Shown: positions 18,613 through 29,900, counted from the stretch's first letter. The stretch is 40,170 nucleotides of DNA from Desulfobacterales bacterium (GCA_050122255.1 JASFJF010000001.1:1-40170), one strand, 5' to 3'. The notes: generated from the letters alone by a model not told the origin. Program-made: numbers and translations.

Positions 18613-19617
18613 CTAACTTTTGATATATTTTTTTTTGAGTGCCAGAATCCGCTTCACCGATTCCGTGCCCATGGCCTGTATATCCTGCGAATAGCGCAGC
18701 CCGTCTAAAACTTCTCGATAGGCTATTTCAATACTGGGGCCCTTGTGGCAGACAAGGGCCATGTCGATGTCGGCCCGCAGGATTTGACGGACAGCGGTCC
18801 TGATATCATAGTGATGGGTGATGGCGCCCATGTCCAGATCATCCGTCATCGATACGCCTGAAAAGCCCATCTGTTTCCGCAAAAGCCGATGAGCAATTTG
18901 TTCAGAAAGGCTGGCCGGCCAATTTGGATCAATTTGCGGGTACATCACGTGGGAAAGCATGATGCCGGCGACATTCTGCGCGATGCTATCGGCAAAGGGT
19001 ATCAGGTCGTATGATTTCAGATCGGACAGGCTGAATTCACAGGTGGGAAGCTCGATATGGGAATCGGCTACAGTCCGGCCGATACCGGGAAAATGTTTTG
19101 CTACGGCCATTATTTGATGCTGCTGCAAATGTGAAATAACCGTTAATCCCAGTCTCGAAACCCATTCGGGATCATGCCCGAAAGCTCTTTCAGACATGAT
19201 ACTGGTCATGTCCTGTGGGGCGACGTCCATAACAGGGGCCAGGTTCATATTAATACCGGCCAGGGTCAATTCAGCGGCAGTTGTCTCTGCAAAATAAATG
19301 GCATCATTGACATCTTTCATGGCTGGATTGCCCGGAAATTCTGAAAAAGGTTTTTTCAGTCGTGCGACCTGCCCGCCTTCCTGGTCAATGGCGATCATCA
19401 GCGGTGGTTGGTTGTTGGCACGGGCATATTCTTGAATAGCCTCACACAGTTTTTTTACCTGCTCGGGGTTTTCGATATTTTGTGAGAAAAGGATCACACC
19501 GCCAACCCTGAGGCCGCCGATGAGAAACTTTAAATCCGCGTTAAACCGCTTGCCTTCAAAGCCGACCATTACACGTTGACCGGCCTGTTGCTCGATTGAT
19601 AGGTCCTTGTGATACAT
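18613..19617 (-). CDS. nagZ: Beta-N-acetylhexosaminidase (GH3, NagZ-like)
   Basis: GH3 N-terminal domain only (334 aa). Motifs IAIDQEGGQVARL and KHFPGIGRTVADSHIELP. Confidence 0.8.
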   Translation of the reverse strand: MYHKDLSIEQQAGQRVMVGFEGKRFNADLKFLIGGLRVGGVILFSQNIENPEQVKKLCEAIQEYARANNQPPLMIAIDQEGGQVARLKKPFSEFPGNPAMKDVNDAIYFAETTAAELTLAGINMNLAPVMDVAPQDMTSIMSERAFGHDPEWVSRLGLTVISHLQQHQIMAVAKHFPGIGRTVADSHIELPTCEFSLSDLKSYDLIPFADSIAQNVAGIMLSHVMYPQIDPNWPASLSEQIAHRLLRKQMGFSGVSMTDDLDMGAITHHYDIRTAVRQILRADIDMALVCHKGPSIEIAYREVLDGLRYSQDIQAMGTESVKRILALKKKYIKS

Positions 19618-19793
19618 CAGGTCTGCATCTTAAAAATTTTTACAAAAGATTGCAATTTGATTGGAGTATTGGATAGGAGTAGCGCCCTGAAATTGATGGA
19701 TTCATTTATCACATTACTCCATTACGCCAGAAAGAGCCATTCGTCAATAATTGGTATGATTATAACATAAATGGGCTAATTCGATAAGCTGGG

Positions 19794-21794
19794 TTAATTT
19801 GACAGCATCGCCGGCAGTGCAAATTGGGTGCCTGGGCGCTCCTGTGCAAGTTGAAGGATGTTTTCAATCAGTACGTCGATCTCCGGTTTGTCGAGCGGTT
19901 TTGAGAAAAGATAACCCTGCCCGAATTGGCAGTCCATTTCCAGCAATATTGCAAATTGCTCTTCGGTCTCCACCCCTTCAGCCACCACGAACATTTTCAA
20001 GCGATGGGCCAGCGAAATAATGGCTTCGACGATATTGCGGTTGCCATCCGGTTCAGATTGGATTCTTGAGACGAAACTGCGATCGACCTTCAAGGTGTCA
20101 ATGGGCAGGCGCTGCAGATAGCTAAGTGAGGAGTAGCCGGTTCCGAAGTCGTCGATGACCAGGTGCAATCCAAGGTCTTTTAAGCGGTGCACCAACCGAA
20201 TGGTTTCATCCGCATCTTCCATCAGGGCGGTCTCTGTGATCTCCAATTTGAGCTGATCGGACGGCATGCCGGTTTGTTTTAAAATCTCTTTGATATCATC
20301 CAGCAGGGTGGGGGACATAAAGTGTTTGCTGGAGATATTGATATTCATAGTGAGTTCGAGTTCGTCTTTGAGCCGGTCCTGCCAGCGACACAAATCCTCA
20401 CAGGCCTGCTGGGCAATCAACTGCGTGATTGAGATGATCAATCCGGTTTCTTCAGCGATTGAAATGAAGGATCCCGGATAAATAAGGCCCAGTTGTGGAT
20501 GGTTCCAGCGAATGAGGGCTTCGAAACCCACTAGGGATGATGTTTGCAAATCCACTATGGGCTGGTAGTGATTTTTAAATTCGTTCCTGTTGACGGCTTT
20601 GCGCAAATCCGTTTCTCTTTCCAGCAGGTGCAATGCTTTTTTGTGAAGCGTTTTATCGAATATTTTGTATTGGGCCTTGCCGTTTTCTTTAGCATGGTAC
20701 ATTGCCGCGTCGGCATCCCGGATGATGTCCTCTGGATCATTGTAGTCCTGGGTATTCAATACCACTCCAAAACTGGCCGGTGCAAAAACCTCTTTGTTTT
20801 CAACCATAAAGGGCCGTTTGAGTTCCTGCTGCAGTCGATCGGCCACACCACTGGCATATTCGCTGTTTTCGATGTCCTCGAGCAAAATGACGAATTCATC
20901 ACCGCCAAAACGAGCCAGAATATCAAGATCGCGCAGGGATTCCTGGATGCGGCTGGCGAAAGCTCTGATCAATTGGTCACCGACGCTATGGCCCAAGCTG
21001 TCGTTTACCAGTTTGAAGCGATCGATATCTAGATATAACACGGCAAAATAATAATCATCCCGGCGCTTGGCGCGTTTGAGGGCCATGTTTAAGTGTTCCA
21101 TGAAAAGGGCGCGATTGGGCAAGCCGGTCAGTGTGTCATGAAATGCCTGGTGATAGATCTGGCGCTCTGCTTCTTTAAGGTCGGTAATGTCAGCCAGCGA
21201 AACAACACTTTTTTCAGAACCCGGAATGTCAGCCAGCGAGCACAGCATATCTTTTTGTGCTCCCCCTTTGTCGGTAAACGTACCTGCGAAATGAGGTAGC
21301 ATCCGGTTGTATTCCGAATGGTTCGACACTATTTCACCGTTTTGGATCTTGCGCTGCGTTTTTTCATCCATAAAGTGCAGCCATGATTTTTGATTTTCAA
21401 TTTCGATTTTTTCGTATCCGGCCATGTTGGCAAACTCTGAATTTGCCAGAGAGATGGTTGTGTCCTCCTCTACGATGACAGTTGCCGTACCCGTATTTTC
21501 AAAAATGGTTCGATATTTCATCTCAGATTCACGCAGCTCGGCCGTGCGCTCTCTGACTTTGGTTTCTAATGTTTCATTGGCCTCGCGCAGCGCTTCTTTG
21601 GATCGATTTATGCTATTGACCAGCAACTGGGTACACAGACTGATGAGCAGAATGATGCCGGCTGTTATGACGATGGTCAGGGTTTCACTGGCCAAAATGC
21701 TCTTTTCAAAGTAATAGTAGAATAGTGCGACCCCGGCACCGATGATGATCAGACCCATGTTGTCCAGATTGATAAAGCGCTTTTTTTGATTCAT
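19794..21794 (-). CDS. Membrane-anchored PAS-GGDEF-EAL c-di-GMP turnover protein
   Basis: Two N-terminal TM helices, coiled coil, PAS, intact GGDEF (RFGGDEFV) and EAL (EALIRW, DDFGTGYSSL) motifs. Confidence 0.9.
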   Translation of the reverse strand: MNQKKRFINLDNMGLIIIGAGVALFYYYFEKSILASETLTIVITAGIILLISLCTQLLVNSINRSKEALREANETLETKVRERTAELRESEMKYRTIFENTGTATVIVEEDTTISLANSEFANMAGYEKIEIENQKSWLHFMDEKTQRKIQNGEIVSNHSEYNRMLPHFAGTFTDKGGAQKDMLCSLADIPGSEKSVVSLADITDLKEAERQIYHQAFHDTLTGLPNRALFMEHLNMALKRAKRRDDYYFAVLYLDIDRFKLVNDSLGHSVGDQLIRAFASRIQESLRDLDILARFGGDEFVILLEDIENSEYASGVADRLQQELKRPFMVENKEVFAPASFGVVLNTQDYNDPEDIIRDADAAMYHAKENGKAQYKIFDKTLHKKALHLLERETDLRKAVNRNEFKNHYQPIVDLQTSSLVGFEALIRWNHPQLGLIYPGSFISIAEETGLIISITQLIAQQACEDLCRWQDRLKDELELTMNINISSKHFMSPTLLDDIKEILKQTGMPSDQLKLEITETALMEDADETIRLVHRLKDLGLHLVIDDFGTGYSSLSYLQRLPIDTLKVDRSFVSRIQSEPDGNRNIVEAIISLAHRLKMFVVAEGVETEEQFAILLEMDCQFGQGYLFSKPLDKPEIDVLIENILQLAQERPGTQFALPAMLSN

Positions 21795-22092
21795 CCCCGG
21801 CCTCTTTATGTTTTAACTGTCTGTAATTGTTTTCAATAGAGCATTAATCGCTGAGCCTTTCATCTTTGAAAAGCCTCTTGAGACCACTGGCTGAGTTCAC
21901 AGATATACTCGTTTTATATCGGCACGTAGTGCGAAAAACTTAAGATGTGACCGGCAGCAATAACCTGCCCGGGACAATGCTCATGTCATCAATAGGTTGC
22001 AGTTTGGGGAGATCGGACGGATGGTCGAATGGATTGGTTGCGCTGTGATGGTTCCCGTTTTTTTTCAGCGAACGGGGAGTGGTCGCCGTTGG

Positions 22093-22329
22093 CTATCCCT
22101 TGCGAGACGCGTAGCAACGATTCTCGATGTAGGTTGACGTGGCGGCATCGAAAGTGGCTTCATTTTCATGAACGTATTTGGGCTCGCCTTCCCATGCGCC
22201 GCAAGCCAGAACAACCGGCTCTCCTAATGTAAATTTTCGACCGCAGGCCGGACATCCTTCCGCATTGAACCGGTTTAGCTTTTCAAGATCAATGATGGTC
22301 TTAAAACGGTCTCTGTCTGCTTGCGTCAT
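22093..22329 (-). CDS. Small hypothetical Cys-containing protein (78 aa)
   Basis: Strong AGGAGG 5 nt upstream of ATG 22329. Contains CPACGRKF...LACG. No recognisable family. Confidence 0.55.
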   Translation of the reverse strand: MTQADRDRFKTIIDLEKLNRFNAEGCPACGRKFTLGEPVVLACGAWEGEPKYVHENEATFDAATSTYIENRCYASRKG

Positions 22330-22505
22330 GTCACCCTCCTGCGCTTTGGTATTATCGGATGAGGTCGTATTGATACATCTGTTATAGTCTAGCTTCTGAC
22401 GGGCTCAATGTCAAGCCGTTGGATGGTATGCCATTTTGGGATCGGTCAGATGGGTAAATGCACATGCGGCTGTAAGCAAGATTTTCAATGTTTGGATGCA
22501 TTCAG

Positions 22506-23513
22506 CTAACGACGCCGTAACTGATATTTTTGGACGGCGCGCTGATGGTCTTTGAAATTTGTGGAAAACTGATGGGTATGGTCTTTTTTAGATACGAAAT
22601 AAATGAATTTTGTGTCGGCCGGATACAGGGCGGCTTCCAGGGATTCTTTGCCGGGGTTGGCGATGGGGCCGGCCGGCAGGCCGCTGCGTTTGTACGTATT
22701 GTACGGCGTGGGGGCTTCAAGGTGTTTGCGTTTTAAGTTGCCGTCAAAATTGTCTAATCCATATATGACCGTTGGATCTGATTCCAGGCGCATCTTCCTG
22801 TTTAAGCGGTTATGAAATACCGATGAAATTAAAGGGCGCTCGAAAGGCGCACCGGTTTCTTTCTCGATGATTGATGCCAGAATGACAATTTGATGGTTTG
22901 AAAAACCCAGTTGTGCGGCTCTTTTTTGCCAGCCTGGGCCAAATATCTCCCAGAAGCGGTTTGCCATGGTCGATATGATCGCTTTGACGGCTGTATTTTT
23001 TGGGAAAAAATAGGTTTCCGGAAACAGGTACCCCTCGAAGGTGTCGGCATTCAAACCTCGCTGATGCGCAAATTCGGCGCTGGTTGCCGCCGCCACAAAA
23101 TTGCTTTTGGATGCCAAACCGGCCTCATCCACCAGTTCAGCAATCTGGTGGATATTGAGGCCCTCCGGGACCGTCAGCCGGTATAGCCTGACTTCGCCGT
23201 TCACCATTTTTTGCAGAATTTGTACCGGAGACAGGGTCGCCGACAGTGTGTATTCGCCGGCCTGGAGTTTTTTATCATAACCCTTCAGGCGGGCAACGAT
23301 CTTGAATTTATTGGGGTGATCGATAATACCGGCTTTGGCAAGTGTTGCAGCCGTCTGGCTGAATGATTGACCGGCGGGTATGGAGATAACCCTATCTGCG
23401 CCTTCCGGGCTGGCAGGTGTTTGCGCATAATGCTGTAGATGCAAAAAAAAAGCTGCTATGCCAGCAACGATCAGCACCGCGATGACAGTCGCTCGTAACA
23501 GGATTGTTTTCAA
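22506..23513 (-). CDS. mltG: Endolytic murein transglycosylase MltG (YceG-like)
   Basis: N-terminal TM anchor, YceG domain with ASIIEKETG and LESDPTVIYG motifs. TTG start. Confidence 0.9.
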   Translation of the reverse strand: MKTILLRATVIAVLIVAGIAAFFLHLQHYAQTPASPEGADRVISIPAGQSFSQTAATLAKAGIIDHPNKFKIVARLKGYDKKLQAGEYTLSATLSPVQILQKMVNGEVRLYRLTVPEGLNIHQIAELVDEAGLASKSNFVAAATSAEFAHQRGLNADTFEGYLFPETYFFPKNTAVKAIISTMANRFWEIFGPGWQKRAAQLGFSNHQIVILASIIEKETGAPFERPLISSVFHNRLNRKMRLESDPTVIYGLDNFDGNLKRKHLEAPTPYNTYKRSGLPAGPIANPGKESLEAALYPADTKFIYFVSKKDHTHQFSTNFKDHQRAVQKYQLRRR

Positions 23514-23672
23514 TATGACGTTCCCTCCGCTTCGTGGGATCTGATTCGCTCGGTGAATTCAATCAGCCGGGTGTAGCCCTGACCCATACAAAGCATATTA
23601 AAAATAACCCGTTTTTGTCAAAGACGGATGTCATAAAAGCAATAGCCAAAGCCTGTCTGTTTGCAAAGAGCA

Positions 23673-23701
23673 ATGACATTTAAACACAATTGTGGTATAA
23701 A
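23673..23701 (+). promoter_or_regulatory. Sigma70-like extended -10 promoter ahead of the OFOR-Hdr operon
   Basis: ATGACA (23673-23678), 17-nt spacer ending in TGG, then TATAAA (23696-23701). About 115 nt upstream of ATG 23816. Confidence 0.4.
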
Positions 23702-23815
23702 GTCATCCTAGCGGTCGCCCGATTACCGACTTTTAATACAGAATTCTGGCCAGAAGGGCAACCGGGCGATACCGACAAACCCTCAGACGCTCACATCAAA
23801 ATTTCAGGAGCGATC

Positions 23816-24106
23816 ATGAAATTTTGGCGCCAACCCTTAGACCAGGATCAAATTCAGATTCCCCGTGGTATTATCTATATCATTGATGAGCGCTGCAAAG
23901 GCTGTGGTTTTTGCGTTGAGTTTTGCCCGCGCGCTGTCTTGGTGATGTCCAAAGAGACCAATTCCAAAGGCTATCACCCGCCCACAGTCGTTGATAGTGA
24001 AGCCTGCTCAGACTGCGGCCTGTGCACGTTGCTTTGCCCGGACTTTGCCATATATGTCGAAAGCAGCATGACATCCGCAAGCAACAAGGAAGAGAAAGAT
24101 CCGTAG
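23816..24106 (+). CDS. 2-oxoacid:ferredoxin oxidoreductase delta subunit (2x[4Fe-4S] ferredoxin)
   Basis: Two CxxCxxCxxxCP motifs (CKGCGFCVEFCP, CSDCGLCTLLCP). AGGAG SD upstream of ATG 23816. The track ORF start 23690 is upstream leader. Confidence 0.85.
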   Translation: MKFWRQPLDQDQIQIPRGIIYIIDERCKGCGFCVEFCPRAVLVMSKETNSKGYHPPTVVDSEACSDCGLCTLLCPDFAIYVESSMTSASNKEEKDP

Positions 24107-24111
24107 ATCAA

Positions 24112-25326
24112 ATGCAATCCAAGCGTTCACATGAAGGACTGTTAATCGGCGAACATTTTCTATTGGGGGATTATGCTGCGGCCGAAGGAGCGATTATGGC
24201 CGGATGTCGATTTTTTGCCGGTTATCCCATCACTCCCGCCACCGAGGTCGCCGAACGGATGTCTACGCGACTCCCGCAGGTTGGCGGAATTTACATTCAA
24301 ATGGAAGATGAATTGGCCTCAATGAACGCCATATTGGGCGCTTCATGGTCAGGCGCTAAATCAATGACCTCCACCAGTGGGCCCGGATTTTCTTTAATGA
24401 TGGAGAATCTTGGATTAGGGATTATGCTGGAAACTCCGTGTGTACTGGTCAATGTGCAGCGAGGAGGACCTTCCACCGGATTGCCTACCTTAGTGGGGCA
24501 GCAAGATATGATGCAGGCCCGTTGGGGCTCCCATGGCGACTATGAAATCATCGCCTTGTCACCCAGCTCCTCCCAGGAGCTTTTCGATCTGACCATTCGG
24601 GCCTTCAATTTGGCCGAGAAGTTTCGAACGCCGGTTCTGGTCATGACCGACGCAGAAGTGGGCCACATGACCGAAAGGGTCATCATACCGCCACCGGAAG
24701 AAATTGAGCTCGTCCGGCGGCCTCTGGTTCGGAAAGGTGACCTGGAGCCCGATCATTTTCGAATCTATCGCGATCCTGAGGCCGGCAACGATGGGGAAGT
24801 CGCACCCATGGCGATTGCCGGTGAGGGATTTCGTTTTCATATCACGGGCTTGACGCATGACGAGCGCGGATACCCGGCGATGAATGCCGAGGCCAGTGAA
24901 TGGAACATCAAACGACTGGTTCAAAAAATTCGCTTGCATCGAGATGAAATTATCCAGGTAGAAGAACGCCATCTGGAAGACGCCGAGATAGTTGTTGTAT
25001 CCTATGGTATATCGGCGCGCACCTCCCTGTGGCCGATCGAACAGGCTCGCAAGGAAGGTATCCGTATCGGCTGCATGCGGCTCGTCACCGTATGGCCATT
25101 TCCAGAGGAACGAATTCGGACCCTGGCCAAAAAAATCCGAGCGTTTGTGGTGCCGGAAATTAACGAAGGTCAAATTTTGCGTGAAGTCGAAAGATGTGCG
25201 GCCGGCCGCGCAAAAGTGATCGGAGTCAATCGATTGGGAGGAGACATTTTAGAACCGCAGCAGGTTCTGAGCGCTCTGCGTGCGGCTGCCGGTAAACCGG
25301 ATACAGCCAAAGCCGATAAGCGCTAA
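24112..25326 (+). CDS. 2-oxoacid:ferredoxin oxidoreductase alpha subunit
   Basis: FFAGYPITPATE, TSTSGPGFSLM, NVQRGGPSTGLPT. A hand alignment gives 60/90 identical residues to the korA-like gene at 37385 over this block. Starts 5 nt after the delta stop. Confidence 0.9.
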   Translation: MQSKRSHEGLLIGEHFLLGDYAAAEGAIMAGCRFFAGYPITPATEVAERMSTRLPQVGGIYIQMEDELASMNAILGASWSGAKSMTSTSGPGFSLMMENLGLGIMLETPCVLVNVQRGGPSTGLPTLVGQQDMMQARWGSHGDYEIIALSPSSSQELFDLTIRAFNLAEKFRTPVLVMTDAEVGHMTERVIIPPPEEIELVRRPLVRKGDLEPDHFRIYRDPEAGNDGEVAPMAIAGEGFRFHITGLTHDERGYPAMNAEASEWNIKRLVQKIRLHRDEIIQVEERHLEDAEIVVVSYGISARTSLWPIEQARKEGIRIGCMRLVTVWPFPEERIRTLAKKIRAFVVPEINEGQILREVERCAAGRAKVIGVNRLGGDILEPQQVLSALRAAAGKPDTAKADKR

Positions 25327-25350
25327 GCCATTCGAAAGAGAGACAACAGC

Positions 25351-26940
25351 ATGGCTGATTTTGAAATAAGCGATGCGGGTCAATCCGAACTATCCGGAAC
25401 CGAATCTGCTGGTGACAGCGACTGGATTACCGGGTTGCATCCCATGGATGTGCTTTTAAGAGGCGAACGGTTACCGCATATTTGGTGTCAGGGCTGTGGG
25501 CTTGGTACGGCTCTGACGACTTTTATTGGCGCTCTCCAATGGCTCGAAGCAAATCAGGGCTGGGATCTGGACAAGGTGTCCGTGGTATCGGGAATCGGCT
25601 GTACCGGTCGTATTGCCGGCTACGTTCGCCTGGATTCCTTTCATACCACCCATGGGCGGGCCATTCCGTTTGCAACCGGTCTTAAACTTGCCAATCCCGA
25701 GTTGAAAGTGATCGTTATCTCCGGAGATGGCGATATTGCTGGTATCGGCGGCAATCATTTCATTCATGCCGCTCGACGAAACCTGGACATTACCGTGATA
25801 TGCGTCAACAATTTTAACTATGGCATGACCGGTGGTCAGGTAGGACCGACAACGCCGCACGGTGCCAGGGCTGTTACCACCCAGTATGGCAATTTTGAGT
25901 ATCCCTTTAATCTGCCCTATCTGGCGGCCGCCAGTGGGGCTTCTTTTTTAGCCCGTTGGACTGTCGTCCATGCCCGGCGGCTGGAGTGGACGTTGCGCGA
26001 AGCGATGATGTATCCTGGATATAGCTTTGTTGAAGTGATTGCCCCGTGTTCAACGTCTTATGCCCGCTGGAATCCGGAAGGTCGCGGACTGGATCCCGAG
26101 AAACTGAGGCGACGGGGCTTGGAGCTCATGAAACATTACCAGAAGATCGGGAAGGTTGCCCATGGCACCCACCCCAAAGATGCCGCCATCAAAGTGGATA
26201 AAGATGGCGCCATTGTCGAGATCGTTGAAGGTGTTTTTAGTGACGAACGCAAACCGGATTTTCAGACCGCCATTGACGAACAAGGGCAGATTGCCAGGGA
26301 GCGCTGGCTATCAACAAAAAAAAAGCTGAATGAACGATGCCCAATACCGACACGGACCGGCCGTATTCGCCGAACCGAAGTTCAGCTGGGCGGGTTTGGG
26401 GGTCAGGGTATCGTCAGTGCCGGTCGAATTATCGGCCAGGCGGCAACGATTTATGACAAGTTAGAGGCCTGCTTTACGCAGAGCTATGGCCCGGAGGCAA
26501 GGGGTGGTGCAGCCGGCTCTCAAGTTGTCATCGCCAGCGATCCAATTCATCATCCGCATCTGATTGAACCCACAAATGCGATCATCATGTCCCAGGAGGC
26601 TTATACCAAGTATGCTCCCAACTTGGCTAGCGGCGCAACCCTGTTAATTGACGATGGACTGGTGACACTATCCCCGGATCACCGCCAGGATCTAAAAACG
26701 TATGGGATTCCGGCCACCCGGATTGCTGAAGAATTGGGCAATTCACGGGTGGCCAATACTGTGATGCTGGGGCTCTGGACCGCCATCATCGCAGCGGTCA
26801 GCAAAGCGGCCATGCAGCGATCTGTGGCTGACGCCGTGCCCCCCAAGACCATAGCGGTCAATCTAAACGCTTTTGAGGCCGGTTTCAAAAAAGGTTCGCG
26901 CTATTTAGGCGGCCACGCGTTACAGATCTGGAAGCCATGA
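25351..26940 (+). CDS. 2-oxoacid:ferredoxin oxidoreductase fused beta (TPP-binding) and gamma subunit
   Basis: Beta part has IWCQGCGLG and the TPP motif GDGDIAGIGGNHFIHAARRNLDITVICVNNFNYGMTGGQ. From about aa 341 (nt ~26371) the gamma part has QLGGFGGQGIVSAG...SYGPEARGG. One uninterrupted ORF. Confidence 0.85.
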   Translation: MADFEISDAGQSELSGTESAGDSDWITGLHPMDVLLRGERLPHIWCQGCGLGTALTTFIGALQWLEANQGWDLDKVSVVSGIGCTGRIAGYVRLDSFHTTHGRAIPFATGLKLANPELKVIVISGDGDIAGIGGNHFIHAARRNLDITVICVNNFNYGMTGGQVGPTTPHGARAVTTQYGNFEYPFNLPYLAAASGASFLARWTVVHARRLEWTLREAMMYPGYSFVEVIAPCSTSYARWNPEGRGLDPEKLRRRGLELMKHYQKIGKVAHGTHPKDAAIKVDKDGAIVEIVEGVFSDERKPDFQTAIDEQGQIARERWLSTKKKLNERCPIPTRTGRIRRTEVQLGGFGGQGIVSAGRIIGQAATIYDKLEACFTQSYGPEARGGAAGSQVVIASDPIHHPHLIEPTNAIIMSQEAYTKYAPNLASGATLLIDDGLVTLSPDHRQDLKTYGIPATRIAEELGNSRVANTVMLGLWTAIIAAVSKAAMQRSVADAVPPKTIAVNLNAFEAGFKKGSRYLGGHALQIWKP

Positions 26941-26958
26941 CCAAGGAGGAACGCTTCT

Positions 26959-29900
26959 GTGAACCCGGGCATCCTTATTATTGGTGCAAGCCCAGCAGGG
27001 CTCCAAGCAGCCCTGGATCTGGCCGCAGTCGGTATCGAAGTCTTTTTGACAGAAATTTCACCTTTCATAGGAGACGAACCAGGCTCCGAATTCCCCAGCG
27101 ATATGTCGAGTGCACACGCTCTGGAGGCCGCCAAGCATCCCCGTGTTTATTTGCTAACCCGTACAGCGCTAAAAAGTGCTGAGAAAATCAGAGATGTTTT
27201 CAAGGTTCGTCTTCAGATGCGGCCGCGTTATGTCGATTTAGACCGATGCACGAGCTGCGGGGATTGCCTTGAGGTATGTCCGGTGCAGGTGCCCGGCATA
27301 GATCACAAAGCCATTTACCTCGGTGATGGCCATCAGCCCCAGTCTGCTGCAATTGATAAAATGGGCCTTGCGCCCTGCTCGCATAGCTGCCCGGCGGGTA
27401 TCCATGTTCAGGGCTATGTGGCGCTCATCGCCCAGGGCCGATTTCAGGAAGCACTGGATCTGGTGCGGGAAGCCATCCCTTTTCCCGGCATCTGCGGCCG
27501 GATATGCACCCATCCCTGCGAAATCAACTGCCGTCGTAACGAAATCGACGAGCCGGTGGCCATTCGGCAGCTTAAACGGTTTGTTGCCGATTGGGAACTC
27601 AAAAAGAACGACCCGTCAAATCGCAAAAAATTAAGATTAGCGTTGCCGGCTGCTGGTGCCAAACAGGTAGCGATTGTTGGCGCCGGCCCGTCCGGGCTGA
27701 CGGCCGCACATGACCTGGCACTTAAAAATTATAAGGTGACGGTTTTTGAAAAGCTTCCTGTTGCGGGCGGCATGATGGCGGTGGGCATTCCAGCCTATCG
27801 TCTTCCCAGAGATATCTTAGAAGCGGAAATTGGTGCCATCGAGGAAATGGGCGTTGAAATCAAGACCGGCATCACTTTTGGAAAAGACCTCAATCTAAAG
27901 ACACTCAGATCGGATGGATATTCAGCCCTTTTTCTGGCGACCGGTTTACACGGCAGCCGTAGACTTGGCATCGTTGGCGAAAACCTATCCGGTGTCTTTG
28001 ACGGAGTCTCTTTTCTGCATGATGTTGCGCTCGGGAAAAAGGTGTCACCAGCCGAAAAGCTTATCGTTGTTGGCGGGGGTAATGTGGCCATCGATGTAGC
28101 GCTGACCGCCAGACGACTGGGATCAAGATCGGTTACCATCGTTTGTCTTGAAACCCGCGAAGAAATGCCGGCGCGCGATGAAGAAATGAAGGAGGCCCTG
28201 GCGGCCGGTGTGGAAATTGTGAATTGTTTTGGGCCGAATCGATTCCTGAGCAAAAACAACCAATTTACAGGAATTGAATTCAAGCGTTGCACCTGCGTTT
28301 TCGATGATCAGTGCAATTTCAATCCCCAGTACGATGAAAATGAACTCAGTACCCTGGAAGCGGAAGCTGTCATGATTGCCATCGGCCAATGCGCTGATAT
28401 GGACTTTTTAAAACCCGGGAACACGATGCGGCCACCCCAGGGCGGCATCCGGGCCGACCCGCATACGTTGCAAACGAACATACCGTGGGTATTTGCAGGC
28501 GGAGATGCGCTTTACGGCCCCAAAACCGTCATAGAGGCCATCGCCAGCGGGAAACGGGCTGCGGAAAGTATCGATCGGTATCTTAACCGGCTCGATTCAA
28601 AAGGGAATCGGGTAAGCCAACGGCCCGATGCTGTCAAGGCCGAAGATCATATCAATGGCCATCCGTTCAGGGGCCACTTGCAACAAAGGGTTCAGCTGTC
28701 AATCTCTGAGCGGCCCCTGACAGAAGTGGAACGGATGCCCAAACCTCGGATATCCATGCCGGTTCTATCAAAGGAGAAAAGTTTATGCAGTTTTTCCGAG
28801 GTGGAGCTGGGTTTTTCAGAAGAACAGGCCATCGCCGAAGCCCAACGCTGTCTAGCGTGCGGTCCCTGCAGTGAATGTATGGCCTGTGTCGAGGCTTGCA
28901 AGGCCGGTGCCGTCAACCATGCTGAGCGTGAAAAAGTTGTCGATTTCGAAATGGGTGCCATTATATTGGCCGATGGTCTGACAACATTCGCGCAATTCAA
29001 GTTGCAAGCCGGACCTGGCCTTTATCGGATATCGCCCCGGGAGACGTTTGCGGGTTCTGTTGCGGCCGCCCGCGCCATGCGTCACACAAGGGTCGAATGG
29101 TATTTTACGGCTCCATCCACCGGGATGGGAGCGTATCTGGAGGGCCCTGCGCGCACGGGTGTGTTCCTTTGCCAGTGTGGCGATCACATTGCTCGCGTCG
29201 TCGATACGGATGCGCTGCGCCAGCAATCAACCGATCTGCCCGGTGTTATCCATGCTGATGTAATTCCCCAGGCCTGCCTGCCCGAAGCGGCTGAACATAT
29301 TGACAATGCGGTGTTGAACCACGGTCTGAACCGGGTGCTTTTGGCTGCCTGCAGCTGTTGTTCGCTGGATCAGGTTTGCTCAAGCTGCACACAGCAGCGG
29401 GTTCGCTGTAAAGCTAACCTGGGGCTGTTCACAGCTGGCCTCAACGGCTCACGCTGTAAAACAGATCATCTGTCAGCTGGGAATTGGTCCAATCTGATCT
29501 GGGAATTTGTAAATATCCGCGAGCAGTGCGCCTGGGTACATGCTGACGATCCGGCGGCCGCGACCGCAAAGGCAGATCGGTTAATTGCGGCCGCTGCCGT
29601 CAAGTTGAAGATGGCGTCCCCCCCACAGGCCCCATGGACGGAGGCGGAACGGTCCGTGCTGGTTGTGGGTAACGGCTCGGCAGCAAGGATGTGTCAGGAT
29701 TTACTCGATGATCGACAGATTGTCACCCGGGTTGTTGAGCAGTTGCCCCATCAAATCAGGCGCGTCGATGGGCAATATGCGGTTTCGAATCCGTTGACTG
29801 TCCAGAAGGCAACTGCCGTCGTACTGGCACCGCAGGACGCGGTCGAGGCGCAGCTGTTGTGCAATGCATTTGCGGCCTCTGGCCAAGTCGAGCGAATCAT

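Noticed and set aside
23690-24111. Long upstream extensions of the delta (23690) and alpha (24022) OFOR ORFs
   Set aside because: The extensions are low-complexity or out-of-family sequence. Internal ATGs at 23816 and 24112 have SD sequences, give canonical subunit N-termini, and remove the 85-nt gene overlap.
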